DNA of 64,000 nt from an uncultured Candidatus Saccharibacteria bacterium (GCA_964434605.1 CAYSVM010000002.1:47-64046); one strand, 5' to 3'; numbered from the stretch's first letter, positions 33,825-45,519 are shown. Numbers and translations: made by a program. Notes: generated by a model not told the origin, from the sequence alone.

Positions 33825-36653
33825 TTACTTCAGAACTTTCACCAGATATTGACCGGTATAAGACCCCTTTGTCTTAGCAACTTGTTCTGGTGTACCTTCT
33901 GCCACTATCTTCCCCCCTAAATCTCCACCTTCTGGACCCAAATCCAATATCCAATCTGCTGTTTTTATTACATCCAAATTGTGTTCAATCACCACTACCG
34001 AATTACCTTTATCCACCAACCGATGCAAAACATCTAATAGTTTTTTGGTGTCTTCAAAATGCAAACCAGTTGTCGGCTCATCTAAAATATACAAAGTTTT
34101 TCCCGTTGCCCTACGAGAAAGTTCTGTCGCCAATTTTACCCGTTGTGCTTCTCCTCCTGAAAGCTGTGTTGCCGGCTGACCAAGCTTGATATATCCCAGT
34201 CCTACTTCCTGTAAAGTATCCAACTTATTCTTAATCGCAGGAATGTTAGCAAAAAAATCTGCAGCATCGTCTACTGTAAGATCCAAAACATCTGCAATGT
34301 TTTTTCCTTTGTAATGAATAGATAAAGTTTCCTGGTTGTATCTTCTCCCCTCACAGACATCACAAGGCACATATACATCTGGCAAAAAGTGCATCTCAAT
34401 TTTATTTACTCCATCTCCCCGACAGTTTTCACATCTACCACCCTTTACGTTGAAAGAAAATCTTCCCTGTTTGTAACCACGCATTTTAGACTCTGGCAGC
34501 TGAGTAAACAAATCTCGAATATATGTAAAAAGACCAGTATATGTAGCCGGATTACTCCTAGGACTTCTACCAATGGGAGACTGATCGATACTAATTACTT
34601 TATCCAAGTAATTGATTCCCTCAATCGACTTATGTTCTCCCGGTTGTTCGTGAGCACCATAGAAGTCTTTTGCCAAACGTTTAGCCAAGATCTCGTTGAT
34701 TAGAGTAGACTTTCCTGAACCAGATAACCCTGTTACACAAACAAAAGACTGTAACGGAAATCTCGCATCTAGATCCTTTAGATTGAATTCAGAAGCTCCT
34801 TTTATCTCCAACCACTTTCCGTTCGGAGTACGCCTCTTCTTTGGCACCTCAATTTTCCTAGTTCCTGCAAGATATTGGCCAGTAAGAGACTTCTTGTTCT
34901 TGGCAACTTGTTCGGGTGTACCTTCTGCTACTATCTCCCCTCCCTGCTTGCCCGCATATGGACCGACATCTATTACCCAATTACTTGAACGAATTGTTTC
35001 TTCGTCGTGTTCCACTACCAACACTGTATTACCCAAATCTCGCAAACCCATTAGTGTTTGAATAAGCCGACGGTTATCGTGCTGATGCAACCCAATAGAT
35101 GGTTCATCTAGAATGTATATAACACCACTCAACCCCGAACCAATTTGGGTAGCAAGCCGAATTCTCTGAGCTTCTCCACCAGAAAGCGTGTTTGCAGAAC
35201 GATCCAGTGTCAAATATTCCAATCCCACATTACGCAAGAATCCCAAACGCTCCGATACTTCTTTCAGAACCTGCTTTACTATTAACTTATCTTGTACAGA
35301 TAATTTGAGATCGATAAAAAAATCTGCTGCCTCTCGAATCGGAAGCTTTGCCACATCCACAATCGATCTGTCTCCCACTGTAACTGCTAAAACTTCTGGC
35401 TTCAATCGACTGCCATGACATTCTGGACAGAGTTTGCTTGTCATATACTGCTCTATTTCCGCCCTAATGAAATCCGAATCAGTTTCCCTGTAGCGACGCA
35501 TGAGGTTCGGAATAACCCCTTCAAACTTCACCACATACTCGTTTGTTTTCCCATGGGGCGTTTGGTACTGCACCACCACCTCTTCTTCTCCACTTCCATA
35601 CAAAACAATATCTAATGCTCTCTTATCTAGTTTTTCTACTGGTATGTTGATATCAAATTTAAACTTTCTTGCCACTGCTTCCAATATCCTGTTATTCCAT
35701 CCTCCTCCGCTAACCATGTGCACTCCCCATGGACGAATTGCTCCTTCAGAAATGCTTAGTTTTTTATTCGGTATCAAAAGATCTGGATCCAGTTCTAGCG
35801 TTACGCCCAATCCAGTACATTTCGGACAAGCACCATGTGGACTATTGAAAGAAAAATGCCGTGGTTCAAATTCCGGAATACTGATATCACATTTCGGACA
35901 TGCCAAGCTTTCCGAAAAGAACCAATCGTCTGTGCCATTAGAAACCTTCAACTTCCCCTCCCCTAACCGAAGAGCTGTTTCCACCGAATCAGCCAACCGA
36001 GTGCGAGTATCCTGACTTGTATCAGACAAATCCAAGCGATCAATCACCGCTTCAATCGTGTGTTTCTTGTTCTTATCCAATTCAATCTTCTCATCCAACT
36101 CATATATATTCCCATCCACTCTTACTCTCACGTACCCACTCTTTTTAAGATCTACTAGTTCCTGCTTGTATTCCCCTTTTCGATCTGAAATAACTGGTGC
36201 CAGAATAACGGCATTATTTATCTTCAACCCCAAAACCTGCGCCAAAATCTGGTCTATACTCTGCCTCATCACCGCCTTTCCACACTTTGGACAGTGCGGA
36301 ACCCCTATCCGGGCATAGAGCAAACGCATGTAATCATATATCTCCGTAATCGTCCCAACTGTTGAACGTGGATTAGACGATGAAGATTTTTGGTCTATGG
36401 AAATTGCAGGAGAAAGTCCCTCTATACTATCCACATCTGGCTTATTGGTAAGCCCTAAAAACTGCCTGGCATAGGCAGACAAGCTTTCCACATATCTCCT
36501 ATGTCCTTCTGCATAGATGGTATCAAAAGCAAGTGAACTCTTTCCTGAGCCGGACATTCCAGTAATAGTAACCAACTGGTTCTTTGGAATCTTAACATCG
36601 ACACCCTTAAGATTGTGCTCGCGTGCCCCACGAACCTCGATATAGTCTTTCAT
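33825..36653 (-). CDS. uvrA: excinuclease ABC subunit A
   Basis: 942 aa; two ABC ATPase modules ([20 protein letters not shown]), Zn-finger cysteine pairs, LSGGEAQR signatures. Confidence 0.95.
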   Translation of the reverse strand: MKDYIEVRGAREHNLKGVDVKIPKNQLVTITGMSGSGKSSLAFDTIYAEGHRRYVESLSAYARQFLGLTNKPDVDSIEGLSPAISIDQKSSSSNPRSTVGTITEIYDYMRLLYARIGVPHCPKCGKAVMRQSIDQILAQVLGLKINNAVILAPVISDRKGEYKQELVDLKKSGYVRVRVDGNIYELDEKIELDKNKKHTIEAVIDRLDLSDTSQDTRTRLADSVETALRLGEGKLKVSNGTDDWFFSESLACPKCDISIPEFEPRHFSFNSPHGACPKCTGLGVTLELDPDLLIPNKKLSISEGAIRPWGVHMVSGGGWNNRILEAVARKFKFDINIPVEKLDKRALDIVLYGSGEEEVVVQYQTPHGKTNEYVVKFEGVIPNLMRRYRETDSDFIRAEIEQYMTSKLCPECHGSRLKPEVLAVTVGDRSIVDVAKLPIREAADFFIDLKLSVQDKLIVKQVLKEVSERLGFLRNVGLEYLTLDRSANTLSGGEAQRIRLATQIGSGLSGVIYILDEPSIGLHQHDNRRLIQTLMGLRDLGNTVLVVEHDEETIRSSNWVIDVGPYAGKQGGEIVAEGTPEQVAKNKKSLTGQYLAGTRKIEVPKKRRTPNGKWLEIKGASEFNLKDLDARFPLQSFVCVTGLSGSGKSTLINEILAKRLAKDFYGAHEQPGEHKSIEGINYLDKVISIDQSPIGRSPRSNPATYTGLFTYIRDLFTQLPESKMRGYKQGRFSFNVKGGRCENCRGDGVNKIEMHFLPDVYVPCDVCEGRRYNQETLSIHYKGKNIADVLDLTVDDAADFFANIPAIKNKLDTLQEVGLGYIKLGQPATQLSGGEAQRVKLATELSRRATGKTLYILDEPTTGLHFEDTKKLLDVLHRLVDKGNSVVVIEHNLDVIKTADWILDLGPEGGDLGGKIVAEGTPEQVAKTKGSYTGQYLVKVLK

Positions 36654-36859
36654 AAATTATTGAAAACCTCCCAACCTCCGTAATCACCCTAATCCTATCT
36701 TCAACACCAAAGATATTGGTCTTATATGCTATCGTTTCCCGTAATACCTCCAGGTACAGGAGGCGTCCTCCCACCTCCACCCCCACCGGAAGAAGGTGGT
36801 TTAACAGGAGTTGTCTTAGAGGGAGCCGAATTAGAGGGTACTGTTGAACTATTATCCGT

Positions 36860-37321
36860 TTAAGTAGAACCGTAATCAGTAGTAATGGTAATAGGACGAA
36901 TAAACCGGCTAAATATGTCTTGGAAAAAACCTCCACCTCTCCCGCACTCTCCAACAAAGAACGGAGCCATTATGATCAACAAAATTCCCGTTAATGCTGC
37001 AACTATCATCTCCTTAGCAGCACTAATTCCTCCCAATCCTTCTTTTCCTCCACTGCTACCCATTGAAGTAGCATACACTACTCCGGCCAACATAATCATT
37101 AGTACCGCCAAAGCACCAATCACCGCTCCTGCATATCCAACCGCTCCACAAACGTAATCATTGAACGTCATCGACGTCGTTGAACTAACTGCATTGGGAT
37201 TAGGATTAGCACTAGCCAGTTGCAATACTATAAACAAACCGCTGACTACCAAAACAGCCCAATATCCCTTCAGCAACCACCCTACCCATCCTAATTTTCC
37301 TTTGCCTTTCTTTTTAGGCAT
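36860..37321 (-). CDS. hypothetical membrane protein with pilin-like topology (153 aa)
   Basis: Basic N-terminus (PKKKGKGK), signal-anchor plus two adjacent hydrophobic helices (topology reminiscent of VirB2/TrbC pilins, weak). The same frame continues after the TAA stop into a 44-codon Pro/Gly-rich tail. Confidence 0.4.
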   Translation of the reverse strand: MPKKKGKGKLGWVGWLLKGYWAVLVVSGLFIVLQLASANPNPNAVSSTTSMTFNDYVCGAVGYAGAVIGALAVLMIMLAGVVYATSMGSSGGKEGLGGISAAKEMIVAALTGILLIIMAPFFVGECGRGGGFFQDIFSRFIRPITITTDYGST

Positions 37322-37384
37322 AACTCTAAGGATTACTTACGGGTGAATTATACCCGAAATCCCCGTAGTCATCAAGCCTTGTCC

Positions 37385-39586
37385 CTAGCTCTTCTCCTCA
37401 TACCCGCATTCAGTACAAACTGGATAACCTTTCTTAATTGGTTTTGTCATCAGACTTCCGCAGGTTGGACACTTTTCTGACACAGGCTCATCCCATGCTG
37501 CAAAATCACATTTCGGATAATTACTGCACCCATAGAATATCTTTCCCCTTTTAGTTCTGCGAACCACCACATCGCCTTCCTTACACTTCGGACAAGCCAT
37601 CCGAATAGTTGGAGTATTGATATTCTCAACATGTTTGCAAGTCGGATAATTGCTACATCCATAGAATGGACCAAATCTTCCATTCTTTTTTACCATTGGT
37701 GCACCACACTTCTCACATTTCTTATCCGTAACTTCCACCTCACTTTTTCCCTCCCCATTCAAAGGCTCCGTATATTTACACTTGGGAAAACCAGAGCATG
37801 CCAAAAACTTTCCAAATCTTCCCGTCTTTATTACCATCGGTTCACCACATTTAACACACTTCTTGTCTGTAACCTCATCTTCTGCAGTTTGTTTAGCCAC
37901 TTCTTTATCCTTTAATTTAATTTGTTCAATAAACGGTTCATAAAATTCTTTTATTACCGGCATCCATTCTTTCTTCCCCTCAGCAATCTCATCTAGATCG
38001 TCTTCCATCCGAGCAGTGAAGCTGTAATCTACAATATTGGGAAAATGTTCCACTAAGAAATCATTTACAAGCATTCCTACTTCCTGTGGAACCAAAGCCT
38101 TTTTCACTTTCTTGATATACCCCCTAACACCCAAAGTAACAATAGTTGGTGCATAAGTGGAAGGTCTTCCAATTCCCATCTTTTCCATCTGTTTCACCAA
38201 TGCTGCTTCGGTATATCTTGCCGGTGGTTCGGTAAAATGCTGAGTAGGCACCACTCCCATGAGTTTTAATAATTCATCTGTCAAAACTTTTGGCAAAACA
38301 TTTTCTTGGAATGGCCATTTATCAAAAACTTTTGCAAAGCCAGGAAAAACAACTGTTGCCCCATTTGCTTTACTCTCAATAACTCCAGACTTAACCACCA
38401 CTTCTTGAGTACGAATTTGAGCTGAATTCATCTGACAAGCTATCATCCTCTGCCAAATCAGCCTATACAACTTGAATTGGTCTTCGCTTACTCTCCCCTT
38501 AATTTGCTCTGGAATTACTTGGGGTTGAGCAGGACGAATTGCTTCATGAGCTTCTTGTGCGCCACGAGATTTGGTTTTGTAAAACCTTGGTTTCTCTGGT
38601 AAGTATTCTTTACCAAACATTTTTTCAATCACTCCTCTGGCCGAATTTACTACTGACATCGCCAGATTAGTGGAATCTGTACGCATATAGGTAATTAAAC
38701 CAACTGGTCCACTCCCATCTATATCCACACCCTCGTACAACTGTTGAGCAATCGTCATTGTCTTCTTCACTCCAAATCCCAATTGAATACCCGCTTGTTG
38801 TTGCAAAGTAGAAGTAGTGAATGGTGCTGCCGGATGACGTTCCCGTTCTTCTTCTTTAATCTCCACAATTTTGTGTTCACTCGCATCTTCCAGTAACTTC
38901 GCCACTCTTTTAGCATCTGCCTCGCTAACGAGTACCGGATCTTTACCATTTTCTTTTGCAACCATTGCTACAAGCTTGTCTCCTCCAGAGGTTTTGAAAT
39001 CTGTTTCAATCGTCCAATATTCCTGCGGATTAAACGCCTCTATTTCCCTTTCTCTTTCCACTAAAATCCTAAGTGCAACTGATTGCACGCGACCTGCAGA
39101 AAGCCTTCTAAAGATTTTGCGCCACAAAAGAGGACTAAGTTTGTATCCGACTAGCCTATCTAAAACCCGACGTGCTTGCTGAGCATCTACCAAATGCAAG
39201 TCTATGGAGCGAGTATGACTAAAAGCTTCTTTTACTGCTTCGGGAGTAATCTCATGAAATGCTACCCTCTTTATCTTGCTATCTGGGGCCTTTAAGACAC
39301 CTTGCACATGCCAACCTATTGCTTCTCCTTCACGGTCTTCGTCAGTAGCCAGATATATTGTTTCCGCTTTTTCCGCCAATTCCTTCAGCTTGGTGACTGT
39401 TTTGCGACTAGCAGTAGGAATTACATATTCTGGTTTGTAATTGTTTTCTGTATCTACTCCCAACTTTGACTTCGGCAAATCTCGAACATGACCATATGAT
39501 GCCTCTACTCGATACCCAGATCCCAAAATCTTGGCAATGGTTTTTGCCTTAGTAGGAGATTCTACTATTACTAAATTATCTTTCAT
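37385..39586 (-). CDS. topA: DNA topoisomerase I with C-terminal zinc-ribbon repeats
   Basis: 733 aa; Toprim N-terminus (LVIVESPTKAKTI), active-site region, several C4 zinc ribbons (CxxC...CxxC) at the C-terminus. Confidence 0.9.
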   Translation of the reverse strand: MKDNLVIVESPTKAKTIAKILGSGYRVEASYGHVRDLPKSKLGVDTENNYKPEYVIPTASRKTVTKLKELAEKAETIYLATDEDREGEAIGWHVQGVLKAPDSKIKRVAFHEITPEAVKEAFSHTRSIDLHLVDAQQARRVLDRLVGYKLSPLLWRKIFRRLSAGRVQSVALRILVEREREIEAFNPQEYWTIETDFKTSGGDKLVAMVAKENGKDPVLVSEADAKRVAKLLEDASEHKIVEIKEEERERHPAAPFTTSTLQQQAGIQLGFGVKKTMTIAQQLYEGVDIDGSGPVGLITYMRTDSTNLAMSVVNSARGVIEKMFGKEYLPEKPRFYKTKSRGAQEAHEAIRPAQPQVIPEQIKGRVSEDQFKLYRLIWQRMIACQMNSAQIRTQEVVVKSGVIESKANGATVVFPGFAKVFDKWPFQENVLPKVLTDELLKLMGVVPTQHFTEPPARYTEAALVKQMEKMGIGRPSTYAPTIVTLGVRGYIKKVKKALVPQEVGMLVNDFLVEHFPNIVDYSFTARMEDDLDEIAEGKKEWMPVIKEFYEPFIEQIKLKDKEVAKQTAEDEVTDKKCVKCGEPMVIKTGRFGKFLACSGFPKCKYTEPLNGEGKSEVEVTDKKCEKCGAPMVKKNGRFGPFYGCSNYPTCKHVENINTPTIRMACPKCKEGDVVVRRTKRGKIFYGCSNYPKCDFAAWDEPVSEKCPTCGSLMTKPIKKGYPVCTECGYEEKS

Positions 39587-39666
39587 TCTCTATTACTTGC
39601 TTTTACTTCGGGCACAAAAGAGTTATAAACGATTTACTCCACTTCCGTCAAATCAACTTGAATATT

Positions 39667-40350
39667 TTACCCAATTATCTCCACTACATCACTAGGTCTA
39701 AGAACTGGTTTTGCCCCTTCGGCAATGAGCTGATTGGGACCCATCGACATTAGACTAGTTACTGGTCCTGGCACCGCCAATACCTCGCGATTATAATCCA
39801 AACCGAGGTTTGCAGTAATAAGTGCACCGCTTCTCTCCCCCGCTTCCACCACCACAATCTTCTGACTTAGACCAGCAATTATCCTGTTCCTCTCGGGAAA
39901 ATGATGCTTCAAAGGCTCTGCAAGAGGTGGATACTCCGAAATTAACACTCCTCCCTTTCTCAAAATATCCTGCGCCAGTTTTCGATGCTCTCTAGGGTAA
40001 ATAGATGCATCATCTAGGCCAGAACCAAGAACTGCCACCGTAATCCCTTCCTTGCGCAAGGCCGCTTTATGTGCCGCTGCATCAATCCCATAAGCCAATC
40101 CTGAAACTATTACACACTGTTTTGCAATGATTTCGACTAGTTGGGTAGCGATTTGCAACCCATACGCTGTGGGTTTGCGTGTTCCAACAACTGCAACAAC
40201 TTCTTTTTGCTTGTCCCAATTAAGATTCCCCCTGACATATAAAATAGCTGGAGGATCTGCTATCTCCCGCAAACTTTGGGGATATTCATCATCGTTGATG
40301 CTAATTTGACGAATGTCTGTTGCAACTTCCATATCTTTTTCAGAATACAT
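39667..40350 (-). CDS. dprA: DNA processing protein DprA (Smf), short form
   Basis: 227 aa; Rossmann-fold DprA core GLAYGIDAAAHKAAL...GSGLD. Confidence 0.8.
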   Translation of the reverse strand: MYSEKDMEVATDIRQISINDDEYPQSLREIADPPAILYVRGNLNWDKQKEVVAVVGTRKPTAYGLQIATQLVEIIAKQCVIVSGLAYGIDAAAHKAALRKEGITVAVLGSGLDDASIYPREHRKLAQDILRKGGVLISEYPPLAEPLKHHFPERNRIIAGLSQKIVVVEAGERSGALITANLGLDYNREVLAVPGPVTSLMSMGPNQLIAEGAKPVLRPSDVVEIIG

Positions 40351-40362
40351 ATAATAATGTAG

Positions 40363-40890
40363 ATGAGTAAACCCAAACCTTTTACCAACAGCTTTTGGGG
40401 CATTGTCGTTGTACTGATAATTGCTATCGTCATGCTAGGTGTTGCCAACTACCGTGGCTACCGGGCAGGATTCAATATTCCCTTTACTTCCATTACTGCC
40501 GAACAAGCCAAACCTTCTAAAACAGAACCCAACACCGCCTACCTATTTACTAGCCAAGTAGAGCTTGAGAGCATCTGTGATCCTCTTGATAACAATCCAA
40601 TAAACTGGGATAAACAAGTAGCCTTAGGATATACTATCACCAACCCAAGCAGTGGTTACCAGCTCAGTCTTTTATCCGTTCGCCGCCAAAGTAACACGAT
40701 AGACATTCGCTACCACCGTACCACTCCCGAAGACAACCCAGATACTGTATATACTCAAGTTGTATCCCATCCCATAATCCTAGCAGTAGTCGACCGCACT
40801 AAGCTTATTGCATCCAGCGAACTAGTGGTAAACTTCATTGTTAACGAGACCACAACAGAAACATTAAAAGTCCCACCAAATAAGATCTAA
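40363..40890 (+). CDS. hypothetical membrane-anchored protein (175 aa)
   Basis: N-terminal TM then soluble domain; no family. Confidence 0.45.
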   Translation: MSKPKPFTNSFWGIVVVLIIAIVMLGVANYRGYRAGFNIPFTSITAEQAKPSKTEPNTAYLFTSQVELESICDPLDNNPINWDKQVALGYTITNPSSGYQLSLLSVRRQSNTIDIRYHRTTPEDNPDTVYTQVVSHPIILAVVDRTKLIASSELVVNFIVNETTTETLKVPPNKI

Positions 40891-40893
40891 TAT

Positions 40894-41919
40894 ATGCCTT
40901 TAGATATCTCTATCAACTCAATCTTCAAAATCTTAGCCGTCCTACTCGGCCTCTGGTTTTTGTTTGTAATTAGAGATGTAATCGCCATCATCTTTGCTTC
41001 TGTTATTGTTGCTGCCGCTCTCTCTCCTGTGATTGACGGAATGGCAAAGAGAAAAATTCCCCGTATCCTCACCATCCTTTTGCTGTATTTGGTTATTATC
41101 GCCTTCTTTGGCGCACTGATATATTTCATCCTTCCTCCTGCCATTACCCAGCTACGACAACTAGCAGACCAATTACCGAACTACTTCTCGTACTTCAACA
41201 ACTTCATCAACAACCTCCGTGAATTCGGCATTGAAAACCATCTCATCAATGACTCTCAATCCAGTCTGAATGCTGTTTCCAATTTCCTGAATAACTTTAC
41301 TAGCAATATTTTCAACACTACCAAAGGCTTCATCAGTGGCTTTACTGCTGTCCTTACTGTATTTGTGCTGAACCTCTATCTACTACTGGATGAAAATGGA
41401 ATCAAAAAGTTTTTTGTAGCCCTACTGCCACTCAAACAAAAGAACCAGATTGTTACTATTTCCCACAAAGTAGGTGCTGGACTGGGAGCATGGCTAAGAG
41501 GACAGCTGCTTCTCGGTATTCTCGTCGGCATATTAGTCTATGCTGGATTGGTGATTATCGGGGTACCTTATGCTTTAACTCTTGCCCTACTGGCTGGAGT
41601 ACTGGAAATTATTCCTATTATCGGACCCATTCTCTCTGCTATTCCCGCTATCCTGATCGCTCTAAGCATTAGCCCCACTATGGCATTGGTAGTAACTGGA
41701 TTCTACGTATTAGTACAAGAACTGGAAAACAAGCTTCTGGTACCAAAAGTAATGCAACGGACTGTTGGTTTGCATCCCGTCACTATTATTATTGTTCTTC
41801 TTATCGGTGCCAAACTAATGGGCGTACTAGGAATTCTTTTGGCCGTTCCCGTCGCTTCTGTTTTCTACATCATCCTCAAAGAGTGGGGTGGTCTTTCCCG
41901 CACAACTAAAACAAAATAA
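40894..41919 (+). CDS. AI-2E family transporter (UPF0118/PerM)
   Basis: 341 aa; 7-8 TM helices and conserved C-terminal region typical of AI-2E/YhhT. Confidence 0.75.
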   Translation: MPLDISINSIFKILAVLLGLWFLFVIRDVIAIIFASVIVAAALSPVIDGMAKRKIPRILTILLLYLVIIAFFGALIYFILPPAITQLRQLADQLPNYFSYFNNFINNLREFGIENHLINDSQSSLNAVSNFLNNFTSNIFNTTKGFISGFTAVLTVFVLNLYLLLDENGIKKFFVALLPLKQKNQIVTISHKVGAGLGAWLRGQLLLGILVGILVYAGLVIIGVPYALTLALLAGVLEIIPIIGPILSAIPAILIALSISPTMALVVTGFYVLVQELENKLLVPKVMQRTVGLHPVTIIIVLLIGAKLMGVLGILLAVPVASVFYIILKEWGGLSRTTKTK

Positions 41920-41920
41920 G

Positions 41921-43897
41921 TTATTTTTGTTGACGCAAAAACTCCACCCGATCTCGAATCTGTGCAGCTTTTTCAAATTCTAAGTTGCATGCCGCTAGAT
42001 CCATCTCGTCTTCCAACTGACGGATGATTGCATCTATTTCTTCTGCATTAGCCTGCTTCCTAAACTTATTCAGTTCCTTCTCTTCCGGAACATCTTCATA
42101 TTCCTGCTTGTGAATCGTCTTTATTTCTTTGACGATGGACTTTGGTGTAATCTTATTCTTCTTATTAAACTCAACCTGCTTTTCCCGACGTCTACTGGAT
42201 TCATCTATTGCCCTTTGCATCGAACCGGTAATATGATCCGCATACATAATGACTCTCCCATCTAAGTGCCGAGCTGCCCTACCGAATGTCTGAATAAGTG
42301 CGGTATCTGAACGCAGAAACCCTTCTTTATCCGCATCTAGTATTGCAACCAGGGAAACTTCTGGGAGATCTAATCCTTCACGAAGAAGATTGATACCCAC
42401 CAACACATCATATTTCCCGAGCCTCAAATCCCGCAGAATATCTATTCGCTCCAAAGTCTCCACATCTGAATGCAAATACTGCACCTTTGTCCCCGCTTCT
42501 TGCAGGAAAGTAGTAAGATCTTCTGCCATCTTTTTAGTGAGTGTTGTAACCAACACCCTTTGTTTCTTTTTTACTCTCTTCTGAATTTCCTCCATTAGAT
42601 CGTCTATCTGCCCATCTATTGGTCTAATCTCCACTTCTGGGTCCAATAGTCCTGTTGGGCGAACAATCTGCTCCACTACTTGCTTACTTCTCCGTAACTC
42701 TTCTTGCCCTGGGGTAGCCGAAACATATATTACTTGGCTTATTAGTTTTTCAAATTCATCCTCCCGCAAAGGACGGTTGTCGAAAGCACTAGGCAATCTA
42801 AACCCGTGTTCCACCAAAACTTCTTTTCTTGCCCTGTCTCCGTTGTACATCCCTCTAATCTGGGGAACGGTCATATGGGATTCATCTATGAACATCAGAA
42901 AATCATCTGGGAAGTAGTGCAACAAAGTAGCTGGAGGACTTCCTGCTTCCCTCCCATCCATATATCTAGAATAGTTTTCAATTCCCGACACATATCCGAC
43001 CGTCTGCAACATTTCGACGTCATAATTAGTTCTTTGTTCCAATCTTTGCGCTTCTAATAGCTTCTCTCTTCCCTTCAGCTCTACCAATCTCTCCTTCAAT
43101 TCTTCTTGAATGTTCTTTACCGCATCCTTCAGCTTATCTTGCGGTGTAACAAAATGTTTGGCAGGGAAAATAACTACTTCCTTCGGCTCCTCTAAGACTT
43201 CTCCTGTCAGATATTCCATCTTCCGGATGCGAGTAAGCTTATCTCCAAAGAATTCCAGCCTGTAGGCATGTTCTGCGTAGGAGGGAAATATCTCTACTAC
43301 TTCTCCTCTTACTCGAAAAGTACTCCGAACAAGATTCATATCGTTCCGGCTGTATTGAATGTTGGTTAGCTGCAACAGAAGCTTCTCCCGCTTGTATTCT
43401 TTGCCTGTTTTCAGTTCAATACTCAAATTCTGGTACACTTCCGGATTGCCAAGGCCATATATACAAGAGACTGAAGCAATAATAATTACATCTTTCCTAG
43501 TAAGCAGTGCTTCTGTTGCCGCATTACGAAGTCTGTCTATTTCATCATTTATGGACGCATCCTTGGCAATGTATGTGTCTGTCTGCGGAATGTATGCTTC
43601 TGGCTGGTAGTAATCGTAATACGAGACAAAATAATGCACCGCATTGTCTGGAAAGTATTCCCTGAATTCACTGGCTAACTGCGCTGCCAAAGTTTTGTTG
43701 TGGGCAATGACCAAAGTCGGCTTCTGAATTTTCTCAATGACATTCGCCATTGTGAAAGTCTTTCCCGAACCCGTTACCCCCAGCAGTGTCTGCTCCCTAT
43801 ATTTCTTATTCAAACCCGAAACCAACGCCAAAATCGCCTCTGGTTGGTCTCCCGCAGGCTTTAGCTTTGATACTATTTTGAACTTGCTTTTCGCCAT
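41921..43897 (-). CDS. uvrB: excinuclease ABC subunit B
   Basis: 658 aa; helicase motifs ([12 protein letters not shown]), beta-hairpin region, C-terminal UVR domain ([15 protein letters not shown]). Confidence 0.95.
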   Translation of the reverse strand: MAKSKFKIVSKLKPAGDQPEAILALVSGLNKKYREQTLLGVTGSGKTFTMANVIEKIQKPTLVIAHNKTLAAQLASEFREYFPDNAVHYFVSYYDYYQPEAYIPQTDTYIAKDASINDEIDRLRNAATEALLTRKDVIIIASVSCIYGLGNPEVYQNLSIELKTGKEYKREKLLLQLTNIQYSRNDMNLVRSTFRVRGEVVEIFPSYAEHAYRLEFFGDKLTRIRKMEYLTGEVLEEPKEVVIFPAKHFVTPQDKLKDAVKNIQEELKERLVELKGREKLLEAQRLEQRTNYDVEMLQTVGYVSGIENYSRYMDGREAGSPPATLLHYFPDDFLMFIDESHMTVPQIRGMYNGDRARKEVLVEHGFRLPSAFDNRPLREDEFEKLISQVIYVSATPGQEELRRSKQVVEQIVRPTGLLDPEVEIRPIDGQIDDLMEEIQKRVKKKQRVLVTTLTKKMAEDLTTFLQEAGTKVQYLHSDVETLERIDILRDLRLGKYDVLVGINLLREGLDLPEVSLVAILDADKEGFLRSDTALIQTFGRAARHLDGRVIMYADHITGSMQRAIDESSRRREKQVEFNKKNKITPKSIVKEIKTIHKQEYEDVPEEKELNKFRKQANAEEIDAIIRQLEDEMDLAACNLEFEKAAQIRDRVEFLRQQK

Positions 43898-44511
43898 TTT
43901 TCGATTTTACCGTGATTGCCCGAAAGCAATATTTTTGGAACCTTATGCCCCTCAAAAACTTCTGGACGAGTGTATTGCGGATGTTCTAAATTATTCCCTT
44001 CTGAAAAACTCTCATATTTAACAGAATCAGGATGATGTAAAACATTGGGTAGCAACCTTGCTACCGACTCCATTACCGTCAACGCCCCCAACTCTCCTCC
44101 CATTAGAACAAAATCCCCGATAGATAGTTTCTCATCTATGTAATACTTGATTCTCTCATCCACCCCTTCATATCTTCCACACACAAACACCAATTCTTCG
44201 TAACTAGATAATCTCTTCACTTCTTTCTGGGTAAATCTCTTCCCCCTTGGATCTAGTAAGATAATTCTTCTCTTTTTCTTTGCTTTAGTAACAAACTTTA
44301 TCGCTTTCACCAAAGGATCTATTTTCATCACCAGTCCTGCTCCTCCGCCATACGGCATATCATCCACTGTCTGATGTCTATCTTTTGCAAACTTTCTAGG
44401 TGTTATTGTTCTTAGCTCAACTTGTTTCTTCTTTAAAGCTCGAGACAGAATCCCTTCTTTAAAATAATCCTCGATAAGCTGCGGAAAAATTGTAATTACA
44501 GTAAATTTCAT
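43873..44511 (-). CDS. trmD: tRNA (guanine37-N1)-methyltransferase
   Basis: 212 aa; SPOUT-fold TrmD signature (VITIFPQL..., YEGVDERI); 3' end overlaps uvrB start by 25 nt. Confidence 0.9.
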   Translation of the reverse strand: MKFTVITIFPQLIEDYFKEGILSRALKKKQVELRTITPRKFAKDRHQTVDDMPYGGGAGLVMKIDPLVKAIKFVTKAKKKRRIILLDPRGKRFTQKEVKRLSSYEELVFVCGRYEGVDERIKYYIDEKLSIGDFVLMGGELGALTVMESVARLLPNVLHHPDSVKYESFSEGNNLEHPQYTRPEVFEGHKVPKILLSGNHGKIEKWRKASSK

Positions 44512-44574
44512 ACTCCTATCTTATCAAAAGCCCCCGAAAGTTCGGGAGCTTTCGTTTAAAGTCAAATTGTATCC

Positions 44575-44922
44575 TTACTCTTCAGCGATTTCTTTCAGAT
44601 CGTCCTTGGTTGTGGTTTCTGGCATATCGACACCGTTGTCTTCCGGCAAATCAACATGCTTCTTACCACCAGTACCACCTTCTGGTTCCATAATCTTCAA
44701 GTTCACCCGAGAGTGGTTCTGCGCACCCAAGACCCGCAACAATGTACGTACTGCTTTAGCGGTACGACCATCTTTGCCGATAATCTTACCCATATCTGCT
44801 GGGTCTACACCCAACTCAAGCAAGACACCCATCTCGTCAACGCTCCTCTTTACAACAACCTTGTCTGGATTGTCGACTATAGCTTTTACCACGTATTCCA
44901 CAAATTCCTGATCGCGTTCCAT
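44575..44922 (-). CDS. KH-domain RNA-binding protein (YlqC/UPF0109 family)
   Basis: 115 aa; KH fold GKIIGKDGRTAKAVRTLL; between rpsP and trmD as in the canonical operon. Confidence 0.75.
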   Translation of the reverse strand: MERDQEFVEYVVKAIVDNPDKVVVKRSVDEMGVLLELGVDPADMGKIIGKDGRTAKAVRTLLRVLGAQNHSRVNLKIMEPEGGTGGKKHVDLPEDNGVDMPETTTKDDLKEIAEE

Positions 44923-44951
44923 AGCTTTCCTACTATTTACTTATATGACTA

Positions 44952-45428
44952 TTATTTCTCACTTGTTTCGGTATCCTCCGCCGGAGCTTCTTCGGCTGGT
45001 GCAGACTCTTCTACTGGCACTTCTGCCACAACCGAGGCTTCTTCAACTGCTACTTCTTCTTCAGGAGCCTCTTCAGAAGGGACTTCTGCTTGTTCTGGAG
45101 CAGGAGCAACTTCTACTGGCTTGTTAGCAACCTCTAGCTTAGCTTGCGCTTTCTTCTTTGGTTTAGCCTCTGCATGCAAATGCACTGGAAGTTCAAAACC
45201 CTGTCCATTCAATAGCTTAGCCACCGTATTGGAAGGCAAAGCTCCCTTAGATAGCCAGCCTTGCACTTTTTCTTTATCGAAAACAAACGGCTTACTTTCA
45301 GCCGCAGGCTCATAGTGACCGAGAATCTCGACCACTTTTCCATCTAATTTTTCGCCCTGCTCGGCAGCCACCAGACGGTATTTAGGCTGGTTGCGACGCC
45401 CAGTACGGACTAAACGGAGTACTAACAA
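44952..45428 (-). CDS. rpsP: 30S ribosomal protein S16 with ~75-aa C-terminal low-complexity extension
   Basis: 158 aa; N-terminus MLVLRLVRTGRRNQPKYRLVAAE... is canonical S16; A/E/P/V-rich tail. Confidence 0.9.
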   Translation of the reverse strand: MLVLRLVRTGRRNQPKYRLVAAEQGEKLDGKVVEILGHYEPAAESKPFVFDKEKVQGWLSKGALPSNTVAKLLNGQGFELPVHLHAEAKPKKKAQAKLEVANKPVEVAPAPEQAEVPSEEAPEEEVAVEEASVVAEVPVEESAPAEEAPAEDTETSEK

Positions 45429-45481
45429 AGCATTTCAGCTTATCTGATATACATAGGGCATTCTAGCTGTAACCTCCCCCC

Positions 45482-45510
45482 TTGTCAAGCCACTTCAAAT
45501 CCCATATAAT
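45482..45510 (+). promoter_or_regulatory. sigma70 promoter (TTGTCA-17-TATAAT) for rpmF, near-leaderless
   Basis: -10 ends 9 nt before the rpmF ATG at 45520. Confidence 0.55.
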
Positions 45511-45519
45511 GCCCCTTGT

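Noticed and set aside
35500-36015. 171-aa plus-strand ORF and several others (33890-34189, 34389-35061)
   Set aside because: All embedded antisense in uvrA, with no RBS and no domain similarity.
36607-36957. 116-aa minus-strand ORF spanning the uvrA start
   Set aside because: Overlaps uvrA start and the 153-aa gene end in different frames with no RBS. The interesting signal here is the same-frame continuation of the 153-aa gene instead.
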